Positions 57,362-64,000 of a DNA stretch of 64,000 nt are shown in pieces. A program made the position numbers and the translations under genes. Position 1 is the stretch's first letter. Every line of letters begins with the position of its first letter. Source of the stretch: a virus. The notes under the pieces were generated by a model. It saw only the letters and a program-made list of their open reading frames with translations. It made no database searches and had not been told where the DNA came from. The DNA lies in IMG/VR virus record IMGVR_UViG_3300021602_000003, positions 64,001 through 128,000 of that record; one strand, written 5' to 3'.

Positions 57362-57628
57362 ATGATCAAGCAAATCACAAAGTTAGAAACAGCTAACCTT
57401 AAAGAAAAAAATGCAATTCATTCCTTCCGCGTAACCATCCGTGACCGCGAACATTTTTATAAAATCGTAAACTGGTTGAATACAAATGTTGGGAAAGGTT
57501 CGGATAAGTGGACTATGGAAGGCCGTGTATTGAAAACCATCTCTACAGGCAAGACTGTTAGTCCGAAAATTTATATTTTCCAAGAAGATTTTGACACAGG
57601 ATCGGCACTGTATCTTAGTTTAATCTGA
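57362..57628 (+). CDS. Hypothetical protein
   Basis: 88 aa ORF. Confidence 0.7.
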   Translation: MIKQITKLETANLKEKNAIHSFRVTIRDREHFYKIVNWLNTNVGKGSDKWTMEGRVLKTISTGKTVSPKIYIFQEDFDTGSALYLSLI

Positions 57629-57924
57629 TGGCATTATATACACCGGGTTTCGTCGTATCCGACGGCATCATTATAGGTATACCTTTTATCGAAAGTATTG
57701 ATCTTCGCATTGAAGAAGGCGAAGAAATAATTGATAAATTAAAAGGTGATGTCAAGTTTAATATAAGAACAACATCTGGAAAAGAATATACGTTGTCGAT
57801 GTCACAACATTTGGTCACATTGAAAGATTATTCTATTCCTGCCAATGAAAAAGTATTGGGTCAGTCTATTTTAGAAAAATGGTGTCATGTTATGGAGAAT
57901 AAATGTGGTAACCTTACCCGCTGA
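57628..57924 (+). CDS. Hypothetical protein
   Basis: 98 aa coupled ORF. Confidence 0.65.
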   Translation: MALYTPGFVVSDGIIIGIPFIESIDLRIEEGEEIIDKLKGDVKFNIRTTSGKEYTLSMSQHLVTLKDYSIPANEKVLGQSILEKWCHVMENKCGNLTR

Positions 57925-58153
57925 TTTTGTTGCAACCAAATATACGGGATATTTCTGGAATTTAAAAGAACAGAAGCTCTACTCTATTAAGGTAGATGGC
58001 ATTCTTAAGCCAATAAAGAAATATCCGCCCAATCAATGGAATCATTTTGTGGATGCATACAGGGTGTCTGTTAAAGGACATCGGCGTGCATTAATGATAG
58101 ATTATCTAAAGAAACTCGTACCATCGAATTCAGTTATACCATTGGAGAAGTAA
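57905..58153 (+). CDS. Hypothetical protein
   Basis: GGAG SD then GTG 57905 (MVTLPADF). Confidence 0.65.
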   Translation: MVTLPADFVATKYTGYFWNLKEQKLYSIKVDGILKPIKKYPPNQWNHFVDAYRVSVKGHRRALMIDYLKKLVPSNSVIPLEK

Positions 58154-58396
58154 ATGAAGCAAGAAGGCAAATGCATTGTCGGTGACCCAATATCTGTTGA
58201 TAGCTACACAGCAGATTGGATATCAGTAAAATTACATCCTACCATGTTTTACCGCCGGCTAAATGAAATCCAAAAAGGATTCAAATCGGTAAAGGGGCTT
58301 TATGCCGAACTCGACATGGGACAATATGTTGTCCTACGTTTTTCTGAAAAGGATGATGTTACAGCATTCTATAAGCGACATCATATGTATGTATAA
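58154..58396 (+). CDS. Hypothetical protein
   Basis: GGAG SD, 80 aa. Confidence 0.65.
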   Translation: MKQEGKCIVGDPISVDSYTADWISVKLHPTMFYRRLNEIQKGFKSVKGLYAELDMGQYVVLRFSEKDDVTAFYKRHHMYV

Positions 58397-59004
58397 TGGA
58401 CAAATCTCTATACACAGACGAATTTAGGACATTTAAATTCTTACAGTTTTCGCCTAGTGCTGTAGACTATTATAAGAAAACGACAAAAATATTAAATAGT
58501 ATGCGACCGGAAGATCAGGAAGATAATCCCGATTTTGTATGGAAGTGTCGTGTCGAGTTTGTAGAGCAATTAATGGATTTTAGAGATAGCTCGCTGCATA
58601 TAGTCGAGCAACCGAGTCCAAGTAGTAGTCAGGTAACATTTAAGAACGAACTTATACTACAATACGAGGATGCACGCATATACACGTTAGATAATCCCGT
58701 AATCTTCTATGGCCATCCTTTGATGCCTGCCACAAGAAGATTAGCAGAAGGCAGTGATATATCCGAGATAGAGGATGAAGACAGAATACCTAAATATTAT
58801 TTATGTTCCGAAGAATATATGATTTCTGTCAATTTATTAGATAGTAGGATCTTCCCAATTTATCACCCTGGGTTGATAAGATCGGCAACAATAGAAAATT
58901 CTTTATTTACTGCTATATTTTATGATAAGGAATGGGCTTCTAAGTTTCAGAGAGCCATAACGAAATATTTTAAAAAGGATTCTTCTACAAAATCAGCATT
59001 ATAG
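58396..59004 (+). CDS. Hypothetical protein
   Basis: 202 aa coupled ORF. Confidence 0.65.
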   Translation: MDKSLYTDEFRTFKFLQFSPSAVDYYKKTTKILNSMRPEDQEDNPDFVWKCRVEFVEQLMDFRDSSLHIVEQPSPSSSQVTFKNELILQYEDARIYTLDNPVIFYGHPLMPATRRLAEGSDISEIEDEDRIPKYYLCSEEYMISVNLLDSRIFPIYHPGLIRSATIENSLFTAIFYDKEWASKFQRAITKYFKKDSSTKSAL

Positions 59005-59047
59005 GGGTTGCAGTAATCTTAACATAAATACATCAATAAGGAGTATC

Positions 59048-59296
59048 ATGCACCCTTTTCTAGATGCAAGTAAATTAACGGACGAAGAAATAATTGAACG
59101 ATTAGGTCGAGCATATACATATATGAACGCTCAAGTAATGTTAGGACATAATCCTACTGTTCATAGTATCAAAGAAGTAATACAGACATTAGAGGATGCT
59201 CGTTTAGAGAGGCAACAAAAGAGTTCAGAAGATGAATTTAATAAGAAGTATCCTGATAAAAATAAGCCACTCGAATTAGGAAAATTAGATGATTAA
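59048..59296 (+). CDS. Hypothetical protein
   Basis: ATAAATA and AGGAG upstream; MHPF.D...LTDEEI. Confidence 0.7.
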   Translation: MHPFLDASKLTDEEIIERLGRAYTYMNAQVMLGHNPTVHSIKEVIQTLEDARLERQQKSSEDEFNKKYPDKNKPLELGKLDD

Positions 59297-60002
59297 AAAA
59301 GGACGCCATCTTATCAAAAGTCATATGACGTTGGAATATGACTTTACAGGTATTAGGATACGAGATAGTGATCTAATACCTGTAGACTGGAAATTAACTA
59401 TTGATCTTGTTGCTACCGGAAAAAAAGGTAAGGCAAAAGAACTCGTAGAATATGACGCAAGCATAACGTATCAAAAGATTTATTTTTGGTTAGATACGAA
59501 TTTACCAAATATTGTAGTAGTGAATGTAAATAATGAAGACGATCTGTATATTGCTAATTTATCGAGCAATATAATGATGTATTGCCCAGATATACCTAAC
59601 GACGATATGCTTATACAGTTGTTACATTCTAAGATATCGGCATTAGCATTTCCTAATTTAATGGTGGGAGAGATACATTTAAAAGCAAGTGATACAGCAC
59701 TCCAATATACATACGATTGCACAGACGGTAATTATATACTTCCTATGACAACATCTGAATACTATGCAGAAGGCACTACACGCGATAAGATGCCATGGTG
59801 GATAAGAGATGACGGGTTTTGTTTTGAATTCGTAAGACCGTTAGATAATAAATTAACAGACGAAGAACTATTCAAGGATATAGTTGATCCAATGAGCGAG
59901 TTTCATCGTATTGTGACAGAAGTAGCAGAAATACCTATGAGCATACTAAATGAGCCTGCTAGAATTGTACAGATAGAAAAATGGAAACCAAAGAAAGTTT
60001 AA
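59289..60002 (+). CDS. Hypothetical protein
   Basis: 237 aa ORF overlapping the DnaE-like fragment. Confidence 0.7.
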   Translation: MIKKGRHLIKSHMTLEYDFTGIRIRDSDLIPVDWKLTIDLVATGKKGKAKELVEYDASITYQKIYFWLDTNLPNIVVVNVNNEDDLYIANLSSNIMMYCPDIPNDDMLIQLLHSKISALAFPNLMVGEIHLKASDTALQYTYDCTDGNYILPMTTSEYYAEGTTRDKMPWWIRDDGFCFEFVRPLDNKLTDEELFKDIVDPMSEFHRIVTEVAEIPMSILNEPARIVQIEKWKPKKV

Positions 60003-60514
60003 GAACTAATCTATACGGACAAGCCATACTCTCTGATACTGACCTCAGAGAGTTGCTACTCCAGGGAAAGAATATAAGTCATTTAAATGTTATATTCAAT
60101 GAAGAGATAGATTTATTCAAACAGTATCAATCAATGTTACTGCCCGAAACTATTACATTTTTAGATGCCCCTGAGGAGAAGTTAACATTTGATGAGTTCC
60201 ATCACAAATGTGCAGACGAATGGATATTTCCAATTATCTATCAGCAAATAGATGTACGTGCGTGGTTATATGATAAATGTACGACACAAGAAGAAATAAA
60301 TAGAGTAGACGAAGAGTATCTACTTTACGAGGAACGAGAATTGATTATGCTATTAAGACTATTCATCTTTCTCATTGATTATATGAGAAAGAATAAATTT
60401 GTTTGGGGTGTTGGCAGAGGTAGTTCTACTAGTTCTTATATATTATATTTGATAGGTACACATCGTATTAATTCGATAAAATATAATTTAGATATAAGAG
60501 ATTTTTTAAAATAG
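59981..60514 (+). CDS. DNA polymerase III alpha (DnaE)-like N-terminal palm fragment
   Basis: R...E...Y....LID.M.....VWGVGRGSSTSSYILYLIG...I.SIKYNL....FL, matching the DnaE GxGRGS...FERFLN segment. Confidence 0.82.
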   Translation: METKESLRTNLYGQAILSDTDLRELLLQGKNISHLNVIFNEEIDLFKQYQSMLLPETITFLDAPEEKLTFDEFHHKCADEWIFPIIYQQIDVRAWLYDKCTTQEEINRVDEEYLLYEERELIMLLRLFIFLIDYMRKNKFVWGVGRGSSTSSYILYLIGTHRINSIKYNLDIRDFLK

Positions 60515-60532
60515 TTTTTATAAGGAAAAGAT

Positions 60533-60877
60533 ATGGCTCGACATGTATCATACAGAGGTGCGACAATAGATATGGAATCTCTAAGTCGCGAAAATGAGAA
60601 GATTCCTGCAATTGGTAATATGAAGGTCAATGCAAGAGGCGACCAAATTAACCGTGGTGTAATAACAAAAACAGCAGATCAAATAGCCAGAGATAATCAC
60701 CGGGTTCAAACTGTTATTACAAATACGGGGTTAAAAGGTAAGCAGCCTATTGTACCCGATATCCAAATGGAAGCACCTAAGGCGCCTAAAGCAGTTAAAG
60801 CACCCAAAGTAGTGCCTAAAGAAACCGAGTTACCTTCTGGTGATATTATTGTTGAAGGGGATAACGATGGAAAATAA
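60533..60877 (+). CDS. Hypothetical protein
   Basis: AIGNMKVNARGD motif; strong SD. Confidence 0.7.
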   Translation: MARHVSYRGATIDMESLSRENEKIPAIGNMKVNARGDQINRGVITKTADQIARDNHRVQTVITNTGLKGKQPIVPDIQMEAPKAPKAVKAPKVVPKETELPSGDIIVEGDNDGK

Positions 60878-61061
60878 TATCACAAAAGTGTGGGAAAAAG
60901 ACGGAAAACTATATGGCAGGACCGCACCAGGTAGGCCCTTTCAAATTTATAATCTTCAGTGTACACTTGAATCTATTTTAGAGTATGATTTCAGCAATGT
61001 GGTAGAAGGTCGTGAATTAGTTAAACAATATATCAAGTCAGAGGATACAAATGCGAATTAA
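60867..61061 (+). CDS. Small hypothetical protein
   Basis: GGGG SD then ATG 60867. Confidence 0.55.
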   Translation: MENNITKVWEKDGKLYGRTAPGRPFQIYNLQCTLESILEYDFSNVVEGRELVKQYIKSEDTNAN

Positions 61062-61395
61062 AGCATTAAAAGGTAAAGTACTGGTAACAGATTTAGAACG
61101 CGGTTCTAGACTTATAAATGGAATTATTATTCCTGATGATAATGGTAAGAGCGAAGGCATTCGCCCTCGCTGGGGCCGAGTATATTCGATTGGTGAAGGT
61201 ATCGATGAAATTTCTGTTGGACAATGGATATTGGTCGAGAATGGTCGCTGGACTCGCATGTTAAAGATAAGAGAAGACGATGGCACTTATATACAGGTAT
61301 GGGGTGTAGAATGGCCTAAATCTGTTATGCTTGTATCGGACGAAGATCCTGATATGAATATATTTTCTGAATTTACTACATCACACGCATTTTAG
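61051..61395 (+). CDS. groES: Co-chaperonin GroES-like
   Basis: IKALKGKVLV......GIIIPD.....RPRWGRVYSIG....VGQWILV. Confidence 0.82.
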   Translation: MRIKALKGKVLVTDLERGSRLINGIIIPDDNGKSEGIRPRWGRVYSIGEGIDEISVGQWILVENGRWTRMLKIREDDGTYIQVWGVEWPKSVMLVSDEDPDMNIFSEFTTSHAF

Positions 61396-61465
61396 GCCTG
61401 CATTAGCCGAAAGTCTTGCATAGCATGTCTTGCTATGCTATTATTTGTCAATTAAGAAAGAACAT

Positions 61466-62404
61466 ATGAAGAATCTGTGGACAGAAGTATATAGACCCAA
61501 GACGATAGGAGACTATGTCTTCAAAGATCAAAAACAAAAGAAGCAAATAGAGAAGTGGATAGAGAGTGGTGCACTTCCACATATCTTGTTGTCAGGGTCT
61601 CCGGGTACGGGTAAATCAACCTTAGTGAAAGTTCTGTTAAATGAACTAGGCGTAGATCCTTTTGATGTATTAGAAGTAAACGCATCTAGGGATAACGGTG
61701 TAGATTTTATTAGAGATACTATTACTCGATTTTCTGAAACAATGGGTGTGGGAGATATAAAGTATATATTTCTAGATGAAGCAGACGGTCTTTCGGCACC
61801 AGCACAGGGTATTTTGAGAGGCACATTAGAAAAGTATGCAGGGTCTGTAAGATTCTTACTTACATGTAATCATCCACACAAGATTATAGATGCGATTAAA
61901 TCCAGATGTGAAATTGGTCGTATGCATATAGAGAAATTAGATACAAGCGAATTTTATATGCGATTGGTTAATGTGCTGGATAAAGAAAACGTCGAAATTG
62001 ACCCAGATGCATTAGAAGCTATAGTACAGAAGACATATCCCGACCTACGCCGCGGGATTAGCATGATTCAGGCTAATTCCTTCAATGGAAAGCTAAATTC
62101 TCCCGACGCAGACTCTGAGGTTGTATCCGATTACAAGACTGATATGGTAGTGTTATTCAAGGCAGGTAGATATACAGATGCTCGTAAGCTGATATGCGAA
62201 AAAATCAGTAAAGACGAATATGATGATGTATATACATTCATGTATAAGAATTTAGAAATTTGGAGTGAAAATGATATAGAACAGAGTAGACTGATTATTG
62301 CAATTAGAAATGGATTAATCAATCATACTATGTGTTCTGATATTGAATTAAATCTTAGTGCAACTTTATGTGAACTTGAAATGATTTCGAAAGGTATTTT
62401 ATGA
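61466..62404 (+). CDS. Clamp loader AAA+ subunit (T4 gp44 / RFC-like)
   Basis: LWTEVYRP, GSPGTGKS, NAS, LDEADGL, IKSRC, PDLR. Confidence 0.92.
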   Translation: MKNLWTEVYRPKTIGDYVFKDQKQKKQIEKWIESGALPHILLSGSPGTGKSTLVKVLLNELGVDPFDVLEVNASRDNGVDFIRDTITRFSETMGVGDIKYIFLDEADGLSAPAQGILRGTLEKYAGSVRFLLTCNHPHKIIDAIKSRCEIGRMHIEKLDTSEFYMRLVNVLDKENVEIDPDALEAIVQKTYPDLRRGISMIQANSFNGKLNSPDADSEVVSDYKTDMVVLFKAGRYTDARKLICEKISKDEYDDVYTFMYKNLEIWSENDIEQSRLIIAIRNGLINHTMCSDIELNLSATLCELEMISKGIL

Positions 62405-62754
62405 GTAAAGAAAAAGTTTTTATTGTGTTGTCGCACAAGCACAGCCTGAAAAAGGGGTCCAAAACAGAATGGGAAGTCGCTGAATCAGCTGAATTTGTAA
62501 ATCAACTAAGAAACAGACACATTACTATGTCTAGTGCAATCGGCGATTATCTTAATAGGAAGATGATAAGCGGAGAAAGTAAAGGCATGGGCGAATACGC
62601 AAGGTTTGAAGAATACGTGTGGAAAAAATATCCAGAGCAAATGAAGTCGCTCGAAGAGGCATACTTTGATTTGCGTATATCTGCACCAGCGGAAATCCCG
62701 TTAGTTACAGATACTTTCGGAAATATACGGCCACGCACAGTGTTTGATGTATGA
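62401..62754 (+). CDS. Hypothetical protein
   Basis: 117 aa coupled ORF. Confidence 0.7.
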   Translation: MSKEKVFIVLSHKHSLKKGSKTEWEVAESAEFVNQLRNRHITMSSAIGDYLNRKMISGESKGMGEYARFEEYVWKKYPEQMKSLEEAYFDLRISAPAEIPLVTDTFGNIRPRTVFDV

Positions 62755-63477
62755 TTAGTTTAGTCTCCAACCGTGATAGCTCTTTTCCGAATATGCGGGA
62801 TCTATAATTTTTAATAACTCCGAAACTTTTAATTTTTGATCGGGAAAAGTATCTCTTAACTGTGATCTAGTTCCTTCGAAATACCCGAATATAGTATGAA
62901 TCCAAGAAAATATATCGATATCAGATTTTCTAAACTTATTTAGTCCGGCAATTGAGAGATTCTCTTTATGTATTTTAGATTTGGGTGCTGTACTAAATGA
63001 ACCGGGTCTATCGATTCTTCTCTGTTTTTGAGATTTAGACATTTTGGATTTAGATTCTTCAGTCCACACCCTTTCTGAATTAGATTTTATTATAGCAGCA
63101 CTTTGTTTGATTGTTGGTTTTCGTCCAAGCTTATTTGGATTATTATCTTTCATCCTGAGTGATACAGTAAGAGAATGATTTAACCTAATATATTCATAAA
63201 TTCTAGAGGATTTTATTTTTATTTTATCAGTATTTGTACATCGATGTAATGCATAAAACATTTTCTGCCTTGCATCGTTAGTTGTAAATTTTGTAAGTAA
63301 TAAATGGCAGATATAGTGTTCTCTAATTGTCAAATCTGCTAAATTGTTTCTATCATTATTGCCGCCGAGACATTTAGGGAGTATATGGTGAGTCTCGTGT
63401 GGTATGGGCGAAAGCCTTGACTTCGCTCTATCTATTATACTATAATAGATTTTGCTATATTTGTTTTCTATAAACAT
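62755..63477 (-). CDS. HNH homing endonuclease
   Basis: HETHHILPKCLGGNNDRNNLADLTIREHYICH; paralog of 7611-8459; start MFIENK behind AAAGGA and minus-strand GATAAATA. Confidence 0.88.
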   Translation of the reverse strand: MFIENKYSKIYYSIIDRAKSRLSPIPHETHHILPKCLGGNNDRNNLADLTIREHYICHLLLTKFTTNDARQKMFYALHRCTNTDKIKIKSSRIYEYIRLNHSLTVSLRMKDNNPNKLGRKPTIKQSAAIIKSNSERVWTEESKSKMSKSQKQRRIDRPGSFSTAPKSKIHKENLSIAGLNKFRKSDIDIFSWIHTIFGYFEGTRSQLRDTFPDQKLKVSELLKIIDPAYSEKSYHGWRLN

Positions 63478-63520
63478 TGTTATCCTTTTAATAATGTATT
63501 TATCATGGAGTGCTAGTAAA

Positions 63521-64000
63521 ATGGGGAAAGAAAGAATTATATTAACTGATGCAGATGGCGTCCTCGTTAATTGGAACGACGGTTTTAATAAGTTCATGGA
63601 TGGTAAGGGTATGCCACAATTACCCAATACTGATGATCAATATCTGTTATCGAAAAGGCACAATATTACTTCTACATATGCTACAGAACTCGTCAGGGAA
63701 TTTAATGAGGGCCCGAGTATTGCTGATTTGGAACCATTTGCTGATTCCGTAGAATATGTAGCCCGACTCTCAGATAAAGGTTTTAGATTTATTGTTGTCA
63801 CAAGTCTTAGTGATGCGCCACATGCCCATTATTATAGATCAAAGAATCTGCACGGTATTTTCGGTGGTCATGTATTTAAAGAAATCAATTGTATTGAAAT
63901 GGGTGCAAGCAAAGCGCATATTTTAAAAAATTGGCAAGATACGGGATATTTCTGGATTGAAGATCACATGCGACAGGCAGAGGCTGGATATGAAGCCGGT
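63521..64000 (+). CDS. HAD-family nucleotidase/phosphatase (T4 gp30.2-like), partial
   Basis: MGKERIILTDADGVLVNW..., VVTS, K, WIED motifs; runs off window end. Confidence 0.82.
   Translation, partial: MGKERIILTDADGVLVNWNDGFNKFMDGKGMPQLPNTDDQYLLSKRHNITSTYATELVREFNEGPSIADLEPFADSVEYVARLSDKGFRFIVVTSLSDAPHAHYYRSKNLHGIFGGHVFKEINCIEMGASKAHILKNWQDTGYFWIEDHMRQAEAGYEAG

Noticed and set aside
229-63752. Numerous short opposite-strand and alternate-frame ORFs in the ORF track
   Set aside because: They lie within well-supported genes, lack SD or promoter support and show no motifs; treated as shadow ORFs

Overview
This 64 kb window is an AT-rich, densely coding, mostly plus-strand segment of a large T4-like (jumbo) myophage genome; no tRNA, rRNA, CRISPR array or integrase was seen. 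It runs from the 3' end of the terminase large subunit through a T4-type replication/recombination block (gp32 SSB, UvsX, UvsY, UvsW, gp62-like and gp44-like clamp-loader subunits, primase, gp41 helicase) and a late/virion block. It then covers nucleotide and cofactor metabolism (class II RNR, ThyX, dCMP deaminase, MazG-like, NadM-Nudix + NAMPT, FolE, QueD), host-takeover genes (ClpX, ClpP, ClpS, Hsp20, GroES, bS21, IscA, FeoA, SufD-like) and six free-standing homing endonucleases plus one remnant. Two promoter classes recur: sigma70-type TTGAC-N17/18-TAnnnT and a T4-late-like (G)ATAAATA. The most interesting signals are four. (1) A late, probably virion-packaged polyprotein (34310-36109, minus strand) whose domains, including an ADP-ribosyltransferase, sit between 19-bp direct repeats encoding EQGVAE, suggesting a shufflable, protease-released effector-cassette system. 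(2) A miniature DnaE-type polymerase split into two intein-less genes about 50 kb apart. (3) A shared GAUAGA-capped hairpin in the leaders of both NAD-salvage genes. (4) A ROSE-like RNA thermometer ahead of hsp20. All functional calls come from motif recognition by eye; no database search was run.
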